Assembly (NCBI GenBank): GCA_019244185.1
Contig: JAFATB010000014.1
Coordinates: forward strand, 416,001 to 480,000
Direction of reading: 5' to 3'
DNA: 64,000 nucleotides
DNA from: Acidobacteriota bacterium
GTDB lineage: Bacteria > Acidobacteriota > Thermoanaerobaculia > Gp7-AA8
Position 1 is the first letter of the stretch, and every line of letters begins with the position of its first letter. The notes beneath the pieces were generated by a model. It was not told the origin of the DNA. It did no database searches and saw nothing but the letters and a program-made list of their open reading frames with translations. The position numbers were made by a program, and so were the translations under genes. This document shows, one piece after another, positions 9,432 to 19,642 of this stretch.

Positions 9432-10181
9432 TTATGCGGTACCGAGGATGCTCGCGAGCACGTCGAACGACTTCAGCTCGTGCCCGAGGAAATTGCGTCG
9501 CACGAGACCCGCGAGCGAGCGCAGTTCGAGCAGCACTTCCGCCGGCGCCGCGCGCGTCACGAACTCCGCGACGGGTTGGCGGAACAGCGCGTCGAGCGCG
9601 TCCGCGGCCTCATTGCTCACCACGAACGCATCGCGTCCCGCGCAGTGCTCGCAGATGAAGCCCTGCAGGCGCTCGTCGAAGCGCAGCGGGCGGGCGAGCG
9701 AGCCGCCGCATTCGATGCACGTCTTCGCGGAGGGAAAGATGCCGCCGAGGCGAAGCATCCAGATCTCGGCGTAGGCGATGACCGCGAGCGCGGGCGCGCC
9801 GTCGAGCAGCGCCTCGGTCGTGCGATCGAGCAGGCGATAGATCAGCTCCGCGGGATCGTCGGCGGGCGCGAACGTGTCGACGAGCTCCGCGATGTAGGTC
9901 GCGGCGACGCTGCTGACGAGGTTCTGCTGCGCGGGAAACAGCGAGCGAATGAGGTCGACCGACTCGATGCGCAGCACCTCGTCCGACTCGCGCTCGACGT
10001 AGCCGATGCGGACTTTTGCCAATGGTTCCAGCGCGGCGCCGAAGCGGCTCTTGATGCCGCGCGCGCCGTACGCCCACGCCTTGCGCTTGCCGTGCTCCGG
10101 CGTGAGGAACACCACCATCTTGTCGCGCTCGCGCGCCGGCCAGGTATGCAGGATGATGGCTTCGCTGCGCTCGACCTTCAT
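9432..10181 (-). CDS. recO: DNA repair protein RecO
   Basis: AIIL...ERDKMV..LT.EHG, GAR.IKSRFGAALEP, CxxC...CxxC zinc finger, ELKS C-terminus. Confidence 0.93.
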   Translation of the reverse strand: MKVERSEAIILHTWPARERDKMVVFLTPEHGKRKAWAYGARGIKSRFGAALEPLAKVRIGYVERESDEVLRIESVDLIRSLFPAQQNLVSSVAATYIAELVDTFAPADDPAELIYRLLDRTTEALLDGAPALAVIAYAEIWMLRLGGIFPSAKTCIECGGSLARPLRFDERLQGFICEHCAGRDAFVVSNEAADALDALFRQPVAEFVTRAAPAEVLLELRSLAGLVRRNFLGHELKSFDVLASILGTA

Positions 10182-10188
10182 TGCCGCG

Positions 10189-10198
10189 AATGTACACT
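10189..10198. promoter_or_regulatory. overlapping divergent -10 elements (TACATT on minus, TACACT on plus)
   Basis: 26-nt intergenic region; the two hexamers share the TA at 10193-10194 and lie 7 and 9 nt from the two ATGs. Confidence 0.55.
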
Positions 10199-10207
10199 GC
10201 GCGCGCA

Positions 10208-10891
10208 ATGCTCATCCATCCGGCGGAGGCGCGGCGGCAGTTCCGCGAGCTCGCCGCGGGCGACATCGGAAACGACAACCTCGCCCGCGTCGCGCTCCTC
10301 ATCGCGCTCGAAGACCAGCCGCGCACCGACGTCGCCGCGGCGCTGCGCGCGCTCGACGACCTCGCGGAGCGCGTGCGCCGCCGCGGCACTGGCGGCGAGC
10401 CGCCGATCTTCCGCCTCGGCCATCTGCACGCGGAGATGTTCGACGTCGACGGCTATCGCGGCGACACGGCCAGCTACTACGACCCGCGCAACGCGTATCT
10501 CAACGAAGTCATCGCCCGGCGGCTCGGCCTGCCGATCACGCTGTCGATCATCTTCATTCACGTCGCGACGGCGGTCGGCCTCAATGTCGCGGGAGTCGGG
10601 CTGCCGGGGCATTACATCGTCAAGGTGCAGTTCGAGCTCAACGAGGTCTACGTCGATCCGTTTCACGGTGGCACGACGCTGACGGTCGCGGAGATCGCGG
10701 AACTGCTGCGGCAGGTCACCGGCGGAAAGGCGCAGCTCGCGAGCGAGCATCTGCGCGCGTCGTCGGGCCGCGAGACGATCGCGCGCGTGCTCGCGAACCT
10801 GCACAGCATGTGGGGCCGCGCCGGGGACGCGCGGCGTGCGAACGCGGCGCGCGAGCGGCTCGACCTGCTGCGCGAGCTGCAGCCGAACTGA
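10208..10891 (+). CDS. SirB1/transglutaminase-like (Transglut_core2) family protein
   Basis: GYRGD..SYYDPRNAYLNEVI.RRLGLPITLS, GVGLPGHY, YVDPFHGG. Confidence 0.88.
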   Translation: MLIHPAEARRQFRELAAGDIGNDNLARVALLIALEDQPRTDVAAALRALDDLAERVRRRGTGGEPPIFRLGHLHAEMFDVDGYRGDTASYYDPRNAYLNEVIARRLGLPITLSIIFIHVATAVGLNVAGVGLPGHYIVKVQFELNEVYVDPFHGGTTLTVAEIAELLRQVTGGKAQLASEHLRASSGRETIARVLANLHSMWGRAGDARRANAARERLDLLRELQPN

Positions 10892-10892
10892 C

Positions 10893-12179
10893 ATGCAGCT
10901 CTTCGCCACGATTCTCGAGGAGACGGCCGAGGCGGCGCTGCGCGTCGTTCGTGAACTGCGTGAAGACTGCGACGGCATCGAAGTGCGCGCGGAGAGCTTC
11001 GCATCGCTCGACCTCCACGCGCTGCGCGCGGCGACCGCGAAGCCGCTCATCCTTACGTATCGCGGCGCGGAGGTGCCGGATGCGCGCGCGGCGTTCGAGG
11101 CGGGGATCGACTTCGTCGACGTCGAATGGCGCGAGGACGTCGAGATCGTGGATCCCGCGCGCACGGTGCTCTCGCACCACGACTACGAGGGCATGCGCGA
11201 CGTCGAGCAGATCGTGGCGGCGATGCGCGCGCGTGGCTGTGCGCACACGAAGCTCGCGGCGACGCCGCGGAACTTTGCGGACAACGAGCGGCTGCTCGCG
11301 CTACTCGCGCCTAGCGTGAGCGTCATCGGCATGTCGGAGCGCGGGCTCTATTCGCGTATCCTCGCGCCCTTCCGCGGCTCCGCGCTGACGTTCGTCGCCG
11401 CGACGAACCTCGCCGCGCCGGGGCAGCTCACGCTCGAACGCGCGCTCGCGATCTACGGTGACGACCGCGCGAACCTGCGCGCGGAGAAAGTCTTCGCCGT
11501 CGCCGGCAATCCCGCGGGACACAGCCTCTCGCCGTCGATCCACAATGCGCTCTTCCGCGCGAAAGGCGTTTCGGCGGCGTACACGATCGCATCGGTGGAA
11601 TCGTTCGCCGAGCTGACGGACGCGTTCCTGCGCGGGGAGCCGTGCGGCCTCAGCGTCACCGCGCCGTTCAAGGACGACGCCTTCGCCTTCGCGACGTCGA
11701 TCGGCGCGGAGCTCGGCGTCCACGCGCTACGCGCGCGCGCCGTGAACACGCTCGTGAATCTCGGTGAGCGCATTCTCGCCGACAACACCGACGTCGACGG
11801 CTTCGCCACGCTCATCGCGCAACTCGCGCCGCGTCCCGTGCGCGCCGCGATCGTCGGTGCGGGCGGCACCGCGCGCGCGGCGCGTGTCGCGCTCGAAGAC
11901 GCCGGCATCGCGTGCACGACCTACAACCGCACCGCCTCGAAAGCCGACGCGCCGCTCGACGCGCTCGCCTCGTCGGGCGCGGACCTCATCATCAACACGC
12001 TGCCCGCCGGCGCACGCGTCGACATCCCGCTGTGCCGCGCGTACATCGAGGCCGCGTACAGCGCCGCGCCGCGCGAGTCGGTCGACTCCGGGACGCGCAT
12101 CGACGGACTGGCGTTGCTCCACGCGCAGGCGCAGAGGCAACACGAGCTTTTCATGAGAGTCTTCGAACATGGATCATGA
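10893..12179 (+). CDS. bifunctional type I 3-dehydroquinate dehydratase / shikimate dehydrogenase (AroD-AroE fusion)
   Basis: N-terminal PLILTYR, VDVE, LSHHDY, APGQ; C-terminal GNP.GHSLSP.IHN, SVTAPFK, AVNT, NTDVDG, GAGG. Confidence 0.88.
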   Translation: MQLFATILEETAEAALRVVRELREDCDGIEVRAESFASLDLHALRAATAKPLILTYRGAEVPDARAAFEAGIDFVDVEWREDVEIVDPARTVLSHHDYEGMRDVEQIVAAMRARGCAHTKLAATPRNFADNERLLALLAPSVSVIGMSERGLYSRILAPFRGSALTFVAATNLAAPGQLTLERALAIYGDDRANLRAEKVFAVAGNPAGHSLSPSIHNALFRAKGVSAAYTIASVESFAELTDAFLRGEPCGLSVTAPFKDDAFAFATSIGAELGVHALRARAVNTLVNLGERILADNTDVDGFATLIAQLAPRPVRAAIVGAGGTARAARVALEDAGIACTTYNRTASKADAPLDALASSGADLIINTLPAGARVDIPLCRAYIEAAYSAAPRESVDSGTRIDGLALLHAQAQRQHELFMRVFEHGS

Positions 12180-13557
12180 CGTCATTCCCGTCGTGCGCGA
12201 GCTGAGCGCCGACACGCTCACGCCGCTCGTCGCCTTCGCCGCGCTCACCGAAGCGGGCGACGAGGCGTTTCTCTTCGAGAGCGTCGAGCGCGGCGAGAAC
12301 CTCGGCCGCTACTCCTTCATCGGCTTCGAGCCGCGGCGCAATCTCACGTTCGACGCGCGCGTCGCCGATCCCGTGCGCGTGCTCAACGACGAGCTGCAGC
12401 CGCTGCACGTCGAAGGCGAGGCGAAGCTGCCGCCGTTCTTCGGCGGCGCGGTCGGCTACTTCGGCTACGGCGCCGGCGGCTGGAGCGAGCGCATCCCCGA
12501 CACGCACGCGAACGACCTCGGCATCCCCGACGCGAAGCTGCTCTTCTTCGACAACGTCGTCGTCTTCGATCACGTGCAGCAGCGGCTCTACGTCGTCGCG
12601 AACCTTTTCCGCGGCGGCACGCTCGACGATGCGAACCGCCGCCTCGACCGCGCCATCGCGCGCCTGCACGATGCGCGCGTGGCCCTGCTCGCGCTGCCGC
12701 GCGAGGCGCCGTCCGCCGAGTTCCGCGCGAACATGACCCGCGACGAGTTCGAGTCGATGGTGCGCGCCGCGAAGGAGGAGATCGTCGCCGGCGAGATCTT
12801 CCAGATCGTCGTCTCGCAGCGTTGGGAGACGGAGTTCCCGACAGCCGAAGCGCTGACGCTCTATCGCGCGCTGCGCTCGATCAATCCGTCGCCGTACATG
12901 TTTCTCCTGCGCACGAACGAATGCACGCTCGTCGGCGCGTCGCCGGAGATGCTCGTGCGCGTCACGGGGAAGCGCGTCGACACGCGGCCGATCGCCGGCA
13001 CGCGTCCGCGCGGCAAAACGCACGAGGAAGACGTCGCGCACGAGCAGTCGCTCATCGCCGATCCGAAAGAGAACGCCGAGCATCTGATGCTGGTCGACCT
13101 CGGACGCAACGATCTCGGGCGCGTCAGCCGCGGCGGCAGCGTCGAGGTCACCGACTTCCGTCACGTCGAGCGCTACAGCCACGTCATGCACCTCGTCACC
13201 GACGTGCACGGCACGCTGCGCGACGACTGCACGCCGGTCGACGCGTTCCTCTCGTGCTTTCCCGCGGGCACCGTCAGCGGCGCGCCGAAGATCCGCGCGA
13301 TGGAACTCATCGACCGCTTCGAGCCGACGCGCCGCGGCCCGTACGCCGGCGCCGTGGCCTACTTCGGCTTCTCCGGCAATCTCGACTCGTGCATCACGAT
13401 CCGCACGGTCGTCCTCGCGAACGATCGCGCATACGTGCAGGCGGGCGCGGGAATCGTGTTCGATTCCGATCCGGCGGCCGAGTACGAGGAGGGCGTGAAC
13501 AAGAGCGCGGCGTTGCGGCGCGCGATCAGCGTGGCGAAGGCGGTGCTGGGACGCTGA
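12169..13557 (+). CDS. trpE: anthranilate synthase component I (TrpE/PabB family)
   Basis: FLFESVE...GRYSFIG, NPSPYM, ASPE, EHLMLVDLGRND, PAGTVSGAPK, QAGAGIV. Confidence 0.88.
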   Translation: MDHDVIPVVRELSADTLTPLVAFAALTEAGDEAFLFESVERGENLGRYSFIGFEPRRNLTFDARVADPVRVLNDELQPLHVEGEAKLPPFFGGAVGYFGYGAGGWSERIPDTHANDLGIPDAKLLFFDNVVVFDHVQQRLYVVANLFRGGTLDDANRRLDRAIARLHDARVALLALPREAPSAEFRANMTRDEFESMVRAAKEEIVAGEIFQIVVSQRWETEFPTAEALTLYRALRSINPSPYMFLLRTNECTLVGASPEMLVRVTGKRVDTRPIAGTRPRGKTHEEDVAHEQSLIADPKENAEHLMLVDLGRNDLGRVSRGGSVEVTDFRHVERYSHVMHLVTDVHGTLRDDCTPVDAFLSCFPAGTVSGAPKIRAMELIDRFEPTRRGPYAGAVAYFGFSGNLDSCITIRTVVLANDRAYVQAGAGIVFDSDPAAEYEEGVNKSAALRRAISVAKAVLGR

Positions 13558-14173
13558 CGAAGCGCACGCGCGTGAAGCCGAACGTGTGCAGCAGCTCGGC
13601 CATCTTCTTCTCGCCGTTCTGCGACGCGAGGGTGAGGATGCCTTTTTTCAGCGCCTCGGCGCGGATGTTCTCTTCCGCGTGCTGCCGCGCGCGCGTCTCG
13701 AGATCGACGTCGGCGCGGCGCAGCATGCCGGTCTTGCGCGTCAGCACGCGCGACTTCGCGTTGTCGACGCGCGTGACGAGCACCTGCGGCGGCGGCATGC
13801 GCACGTTGAGCGTGCCGTCGGGCGAGCGCCAGACGTCGTTGCCGTGCAGCTGCGAGAGATCGATGCCGGCGATGACGTCGCCCTCGGCGAGGAACGTGAT
13901 CTCGTCGCCGCCGAGGGCGTTGGGGACGAGGTTGTACGACTGCGTGATCGTGCCGATGTGAAAGACGCGCATCGACGCGGTCTCCAGCCGGTTCAGCTCG
14001 CGCACCTGCGTGACGAGCGTCCCCAAATCGACAGTTGTCTCTTTTGGTGTCAGAACTTCTCTGACAACGGTGCGCTTCGCCGCGCGCCACACGAACACCG
14101 CCGTGGTGAGCGTCACCGCCGCCGCGAGCGCGACGACGCCGAAAATCACCAGAACCCAACGGCCGCGTTGCAT
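13526..14173 (-). CDS. DUF4230-like membrane-anchored protein
   Basis: N-terminal TM, VRELNRLET, G.VIAGIDL, MPPPQV, ILTLASQN. Confidence 0.75.
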   Translation of the reverse strand: MQRGRWVLVIFGVVALAAAVTLTTAVFVWRAAKRTVVREVLTPKETTVDLGTLVTQVRELNRLETASMRVFHIGTITQSYNLVPNALGGDEITFLAEGDVIAGIDLSQLHGNDVWRSPDGTLNVRMPPPQVLVTRVDNAKSRVLTRKTGMLRRADVDLETRARQHAEENIRAEALKKGILTLASQNGEKKMAELLHTFGFTRVRFVSVPAPPSPR

Positions 14174-14287
14174 GGAATTCACCAGTAGTGGCGCTTCTAC
14201 TAAAGCTGTGCTAGGCTGTGCGCCTCCCGGTAAGGTTCAAGGAAGCGTCCAAGGATTCTCCACGGTCCCGAGGCGGCGCCTCGCTCT

Positions 14288-15172
14288 TCAGAACCGCAGC
14301 TCCTCTCCCGTCAACTGCCGGTACGCCTCGAGATACTTCTCGCGCGTTTTTCCTACAACGTCGTCGGGCAATTCCGGCGCCGGCGGCTCCTTGTCCCAGC
14401 CAGTCGTCTCCAGCCAGTCGCGCACGAACTGCTTGTCGTACGACGGCGGATTCTTGCCCACGACGTACTGATCGGCCGGCCAGAAGCGCGACGAATCGGG
14501 CGTCAGCGCCTCGTCGATCCACACGACGCGTCCGTCGAGCAGACCGAACTCGAACTTCGTGTCGGCGATGATGATCCCGCGCGTGAGCGCGTACTCCGCC
14601 GCCTCGGTGTACAGCGTTAACGTGAGATCGCGCAATTGCGAGGCGAGGTCTTCGCCGATGATCTCGGCCATCCGCTCGAAGGAGATGTTGATGTCGTGGC
14701 CGGTGTCTTCCTTCGTCGCCGGCGTGAAGATCGGCTCCGGCAGCTTGCTCGCGGTGGTGAGCCCTTCCGGCAAGTGGATGCCGCAGACCGAGCCGGTCTC
14801 CTTGTACTCCTTGAGGCCGGAGCCGACGAGGTAGCCGCGCGCGACGCATTCGATCGGGATGACGTTGCACTTCTTCACGAGCACGCTGCGCCCGCGCAGC
14901 TCATCGTGCTGCCGCAGCTCCGCCGGGAACTGCGCGAAGTCGGTCTCGAGCAGATGGTTCTCGAGCGACGTGAAGCGGCGGAACCAGAAGTTCGAGATCT
15001 GCGTGAGGATCGAGCCCTTCTCCGGGATGCCGGGCGAGAGCACGACGTCGAAGGCGGAGATGCGATCGGTGGCGACGAAGAGATAACGGTCGCCGAGATC
15101 GTACACGTCGCGGACTTTGCCGCGGCGGGCGAGCGGGAAGGGAAGCGAGGTTTGCGTAACGGCTGCGCTCAT
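14288..15172 (-). CDS. purC: phosphoribosylaminoimidazole-succinocarboxamide synthase
   Basis: RGKVRDVY, TDRISAFD, ECVARGYL, IADTKFEFG, DEALTPDSSRFW, SYDKQ. Confidence 0.97.
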   Translation of the reverse strand: MSAAVTQTSLPFPLARRGKVRDVYDLGDRYLFVATDRISAFDVVLSPGIPEKGSILTQISNFWFRRFTSLENHLLETDFAQFPAELRQHDELRGRSVLVKKCNVIPIECVARGYLVGSGLKEYKETGSVCGIHLPEGLTTASKLPEPIFTPATKEDTGHDINISFERMAEIIGEDLASQLRDLTLTLYTEAAEYALTRGIIIADTKFEFGLLDGRVVWIDEALTPDSSRFWPADQYVVGKNPPSYDKQFVRDWLETTGWDKEPPAPELPDDVVGKTREKYLEAYRQLTGEELRF

Positions 15173-15235
15173 GCGAGCGCGATTGTAGTGGAGCGGCGCG
15201 CGTTCGCCACGCGCCGCCCCGAAAGCGAGAGGCTG

Positions 15236-16216
15236 TTACTTCGTGATCTGCAGTCCTTTCGCGGTGCGCGTGAGGTGCGCGGTGCCGCGGCGCTCGGACT
15301 TCGCGCGCACTTTTCGCGCGTACGACATGTCGAGCGTTTTGACGACGCTCTTCGCTTTGGTGGCATTCGTCGAAGACGCGCCCACGGTGCTGAAGAGCTG
15401 CGACGGCGTGGCGATGAGCAGCGGCGACTGGTACGACGGATCGCCCGACTTCGAGTCGATGGTCGAGGTGTAGGGGAAGACGATCGCGTAGTTGTTGTCG
15501 TCGTTCGCGCACGGATCGTCGACGTAAAACTCGACGGTGCCGGCGTCGACGTTCACCGGAAGGTTGCCCTGCGCGTGCGCGAGCGCCGGGATCGAGAGCG
15601 GCTGCGCCTGCGCGATGGTGTTGCCGTCGGCGTCGTAGATGTCGGCGAAGAGCGTCACGCTGCAGCCGCCGAGGTTCAGCGCGCCGAAGTTCGTGCGGAA
15701 GCCGGTCGTGCCGCCGTTGCGGATGCCGTGCGCGATCGCGGTGATGCCGTCGGTGTCGACGTCGAAGAGTCCCGTGAGGGCGCCGGGAATGGTCTGGCCG
15801 TACGTGCCGCTCGGCGCGTTGTTGTACGTCTCGGAGTTGACGAGGAAGCTCAGCGCCGAAGTCGTGTCGTCGACATCCGGGTTGTCCTCGGCATACGCGA
15901 CCACGAGCAGCGCGCCGCCGCCGCCCACATCGTACAGATCGGAGAGCAGGTTGTCGGAGAACGCCGTCGCGTTGGCCGGCACGTCGATGAGCTCTTCGAG
16001 CGGCGTGCCGCCGCCGGTCGGCACGAGCGAGACGCTGATCGTCAGCGGATAGTCGTGCGGATTGAAGAGACTGAAGCGCGTGGCCCATTGCGTGTTGTTC
16101 GCGCCGGGGAGATTCGCGCTCGCCGGGATGACGTACGCGTCATTGATCTGCGCGGCGAGCGGCAGTGCCGAGCAGAGAAGCAGAAGAGCAGCGAGGAGCA
16201 GTTTGTTCGTTCTCAC
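15236..16216 (-). CDS. secreted hypothetical beta-rich protein
   Basis: GTG start after SD AAAGGAA; signal peptide; VIPASANLPGANNTQWATRFSLFNP, GTYGQ, RTNFG and DSKSGDP segments. Confidence 0.75.
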   Translation of the reverse strand: MRTNKLLLAALLLLCSALPLAAQINDAYVIPASANLPGANNTQWATRFSLFNPHDYPLTISVSLVPTGGGTPLEELIDVPANATAFSDNLLSDLYDVGGGGALLVVAYAEDNPDVDDTTSALSFLVNSETYNNAPSGTYGQTIPGALTGLFDVDTDGITAIAHGIRNGGTTGFRTNFGALNLGGCSVTLFADIYDADGNTIAQAQPLSIPALAHAQGNLPVNVDAGTVEFYVDDPCANDDNNYAIVFPYTSTIDSKSGDPSYQSPLLIATPSQLFSTVGASSTNATKAKSVVKTLDMSYARKVRAKSERRGTAHLTRTAKGLQITK

Positions 16217-16251
16217 GAGTAATTCCTTTCGCGATTCGCTGCCCGCGCTTG

Positions 16252-16267
16252 TGCAGCAGCGGTGCCG
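16252..16267 (-). promoter_or_regulatory. putative sigma-54 (-24/-12) promoter
   Basis: minus strand reads CGGCACCGCTGCTGCA (GG-N10-GC), about 35 nt upstream of the GTG at 16216. Confidence 0.45.
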
Positions 16268-16366
16268 TCGCGCGGCGAGCGCAGCCGCGTTGCGGCTCAA
16301 CGGTTTGCGGGCGATGCGCGGCCTGTGAACGAGTGATGGCGGCCTCCGCACGGTACACTTCCGTCC

Positions 16367-17521
16367 ATGAATCAGATCAGCGACCGCCTGCGCGGCCTCG
16401 TGCAGTCCGACATCCGCCGCATGTCCCGTGAATGCGAGCGCGTCGGCGGCATCAACCTCGGCCAGGGCATCTGCGATCTGCCGACGATCCCCGAGCTCGT
16501 CGAGGGCGCGTGCGACGCGATCGCATCGTCGAAAGCGACGTATTCGAAGTTCGAAGGCATCGACGTGCTGCGCGAGCGCATCGCCCGCAAGATCGAACGC
16601 TTCAACGGCTTCCGCGTCGACCCCGCGAGCGAGATCGTGGTGACGGTCGGCTCGACGGGAGGCTTCGCCGCCGCCGCGATGGCGACGCTCAACGCCGGCG
16701 ACGAGGTGATCCTCTTCGAGCCGTACTACGGCTACCACCTCAACACGCTGAAAGTCCTCGGCATCACGACAAAGTACGTGCCGCTGCAGCTGCCCGACTG
16801 GTCGATCGACTTCGACGCGCTGCGCGCCGCGTTCACGCCGAAGACGCGCGGCATCGTCGTCTGCACGCCGTCGAATCCCTGCGGCAAGGTCTTCACGCGC
16901 GACGAGCTCGAGAAGATCGCGGAGCTCTGCCGCGAGTTCGGCGCGTGGTGCTACACCGACGAGATCTACGAATACATCGTCTACGACGGCCGCAAACATC
17001 TCTCGATGGGCTCCGTCGCGCGCGACGTCACGATCACGATCAGCGGCTTCTCGAAGACGTTCTCGGTGACCGGCTGGCGCATCGGCTACGTCGCCGCCGA
17101 CGCGAAGATCGCGTCGTCGATCGGCCTCGTGAACGATCTCTTCTACGTTTGCGCGCCGACGCCGCTGCAGTGGGGCATCGCGCGCGCTCTCGAGATCGGC
17201 GACGACTACTACCGCAACCTCGCCGCCGACTACGAGAAGAAACGCGATCTGCTCGCCGAAGCACTGACCGACGGCGGCTTCCGTCCGTTCGTCCCGCAAG
17301 GCGCGTACTACATGCTCGCCGAGATCCCGGAAGGGTTCGCGAACGCAAGCGAAGCGGCGATGGCGCTCATCGAAGAAGCGCGCGTCGCGTCGGTGCCCGG
17401 CCCGTCGTTCTACGCCAGCCACGCCGGCGACCGCCTGCTCCGCTTCTGCTTCGCGAAAGATTTCGCCGCGCTCGAAGAAGCGTGCAAACGCGTGCGCGAG
17501 TTTCGCGGCGCGCGGGTATGA
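16367..17521 (+). CDS. PLP-dependent aminotransferase class I/II
   Basis: INLGQG, TPSNPCG, DEIYE, SGFSKTFSVTGWRIGY, LRFCFAK. Confidence 0.93.
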   Translation: MNQISDRLRGLVQSDIRRMSRECERVGGINLGQGICDLPTIPELVEGACDAIASSKATYSKFEGIDVLRERIARKIERFNGFRVDPASEIVVTVGSTGGFAAAAMATLNAGDEVILFEPYYGYHLNTLKVLGITTKYVPLQLPDWSIDFDALRAAFTPKTRGIVVCTPSNPCGKVFTRDELEKIAELCREFGAWCYTDEIYEYIVYDGRKHLSMGSVARDVTITISGFSKTFSVTGWRIGYVAADAKIASSIGLVNDLFYVCAPTPLQWGIARALEIGDDYYRNLAADYEKKRDLLAEALTDGGFRPFVPQGAYYMLAEIPEGFANASEAAMALIEEARVASVPGPSFYASHAGDRLLRFCFAKDFAALEEACKRVREFRGARV

Positions 17522-18123
17522 AGCGAAGGCTCGCGGCGCTGCTCCTGGCGTTCGCGTGCGCGCAGGCGCCGCGGCTCGAACAGCGGCTCCGCGACGGCGA
17601 CGTCATCTTTCAGGAGTCGCGCTCGTCGCAGAGCCGCGCGATCCAGCTCGCGACGAAAAGCCCGTACAGCCACATGGGACTCGTCGTGCAGCGCGGCGAG
17701 AGGTGGTTCGTCTACGAGGCGGTGCAGCCGGTGAAGCTCACACCGCTGCGCGACTGGATCGCGCGCGGTGCCGGACATCACTTCGTCGTCAAGCGCCTGC
17801 GCGACACGAACGTGCTGACGCCCGCCGTCCGCGCGCGCATGCAGCGCGTCACGGAAACGTATCGCGGCAAGCCGTACGACCTCTACTTCGGCTGGTCGGA
17901 CGAGCGTATCTACTGCTCGGAGCTGGTCTGGAAAATCTACGCGCGCGGCGCGAACGTCGAGCTCGGACGCCTGCAGCATCTCCGCGACTTCGATCTCTCG
18001 AATCCGGTCGTCCGCGCGAAGCTGCGCGAGCGATACGGAACGCACGTGCCGCTCGATGAGCCGGTGATCTCGCCCGCGGCGATGTTCGCGTCGGAGATGC
18101 TGATCGAAGTCGCGCGCGAGTGA
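17518..18123 (+). CDS. YiiX/YebB-like permuted papain (NlpC/P60) enzyme
   Basis: GDVIFQ, SPYSHMG, GKPYD, IYCSELV, ISP. Confidence 0.9.
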   Translation: MKRRLAALLLAFACAQAPRLEQRLRDGDVIFQESRSSQSRAIQLATKSPYSHMGLVVQRGERWFVYEAVQPVKLTPLRDWIARGAGHHFVVKRLRDTNVLTPAVRARMQRVTETYRGKPYDLYFGWSDERIYCSELVWKIYARGANVELGRLQHLRDFDLSNPVVRAKLRERYGTHVPLDEPVISPAAMFASEMLIEVARE

Positions 18124-18135
18124 CGCGCGCCGCCG

Positions 18136-18615
18136 CTACTGCGCCGCCCTGAGGTCCGCGAGGATGTCCTCGGCGTGCTTCTCCGTGTCGACCTTCTTGT
18201 AGATCTTCTTGATCCGTCCGTCCGGGCCGATCCAGAACGTGGTGCGTGCGACGCCCCACACTTTGCGGCCGTACATGTTCTTCTCTTTCCAGACGCCATA
18301 CATCTTGGCGATGTCGGCGGTCTCGTCGGAGAGCAGCGGGAAGTTCAGGTTGTACTTGCCGCGGAACTTGTCGTGGCTGGCCAGCGAGTCGATCGAGACG
18401 CCGAGGACGATGGCGTGCTCTTTGGCGAGATCGTGCTCGTGATCGCGGAACGAGCACGCTTCCTTCGTGCAGCCGGGCGTGTCGTCCTTCGGATAGAAGT
18501 AGAGGATCACGTCCTTGCCGCGAAACTCCTTGAGGGTCGTCTCTTTGCCGCGCGTCGACGGCAGGCGGAAGTCGGGAGCCACGTCGCCGACTTTCGGTTC
18601 GTAGAAATCCTGCAT
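18136..18615 (-). CDS. bcp: thioredoxin-dependent peroxiredoxin Bcp
   Basis: [20 protein letters not shown]. Confidence 0.93.
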   Translation of the reverse strand: MQDFYEPKVGDVAPDFRLPSTRGKETTLKEFRGKDVILYFYPKDDTPGCTKEACSFRDHEHDLAKEHAIVLGVSIDSLASHDKFRGKYNLNFPLLSDETADIAKMYGVWKEKNMYGRKVWGVARTTFWIGPDGRIKKIYKKVDTEKHAEDILADLRAAQ

Positions 18616-18626
18616 GCGTTTCCTCT

Positions 18627-19628
18627 TCAGTTCGTGCTGCCGGTGCCGAACAGCACCTTCTCGGCGATGAGCACCGCGTTGAGCGCGGAGCTGCGGCGCA
18701 GATTATCGCAGACCGCCCACACCCAGAACCCGCCGCGAACGGTCGGATCGCGCCGCACTTCCGCGACCAGCACCTCGTCCTTGCCCGCGGCGTCGATCGT
18801 GCCGAACTGCTGATCGCCCTCCGCAAAAACGATGGCCGGATTCGCCTGCAGCGCCTCGGCGATGCGCGGCTCGTCGAGCTCTTCGTGCGTCCGCAGGAAC
18901 AGCGAGAACGTATGGCCGTGAAAGATCGTCCCCTGCGTGATCAGCAGCGCGAGCTCGGTGCGCGGATCGGTGAGCCCGCGCACCTGCGAGACGATGAACT
19001 CCTCGTTGTGCTCGAGCGCGGGATAGAGATTGAACGCGAGCTGGCGGTCGAAGATCTCTTTCGGAACCGCGTGGATGTTGAGGACGCTGATGGTCTGCTG
19101 CGCGAGCTCCTCGACGCCGGCCTGCTCGAACTCCGACGCCGGCTGCACGACCGTGGCGGTGCAGAGGTCGACCGGCGCGAGCGTGCGAATCTGCTGAAGG
19201 ATGAGCGCGATCGGAATGGCGACGGGATGCGGCGAGACGAGCACGCGATCGCCCTCACCGAGCGACTCGAGGTTGATGCCGGCGATGGCGAGCTTGCCGT
19301 CTTCGGCGGTCGTCGGCTGCGAGAGATCGACGGCGATGAAGTTGTCTTCCTCCGCGCGCGCGATCCACTCGCGATTCTGTTCGGCGCGGCCGCAGAAGAA
19401 GACGAGGTCGAGCGAGTCGAGCTCCGCGGCGGAGACGGGCGAGACGACGGCGGGCTCGTCGCCCATCTCCGTCAGCGCGCCGGCGGTTTGTCCGCTGGCG
19501 TCGAGCAGTGCGATGTGGTCGTAGGGAAACGCGCGCTCGCGCAGGATGGTCTTGATCTCGTTGCCGACGAGCGTGAGCGGATTGACGATGCCCAGGCGAA
19601 TGCCGGAGCTGGATTTCGGGTGCGCCAT
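18627..19628 (-). CDS. aspartate-semialdehyde dehydrogenase-like (Asd/Usg) protein, probably non-catalytic
   Basis: [42 protein letters not shown]; the NPNC motif is replaced by SPHP. Confidence 0.8.
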   Translation of the reverse strand: MAHPKSSSGIRLGIVNPLTLVGNEIKTILRERAFPYDHIALLDASGQTAGALTEMGDEPAVVSPVSAAELDSLDLVFFCGRAEQNREWIARAEEDNFIAVDLSQPTTAEDGKLAIAGINLESLGEGDRVLVSPHPVAIPIALILQQIRTLAPVDLCTATVVQPASEFEQAGVEELAQQTISVLNIHAVPKEIFDRQLAFNLYPALEHNEEFIVSQVRGLTDPRTELALLITQGTIFHGHTFSLFLRTHEELDEPRIAEALQANPAIVFAEGDQQFGTIDAAGKDEVLVAEVRRDPTVRGGFWVWAVCDNLRRSSALNAVLIAEKVLFGTGSTN

Positions 19629-19642
19629 GCGGCGCCCTTGTA

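Noticed and set aside
14183-14287. Intergenic region after purC as a possible ncRNA or riboswitch
   Set aside because: Only short hairpins; no recognisable family motif, and it lies downstream of purC
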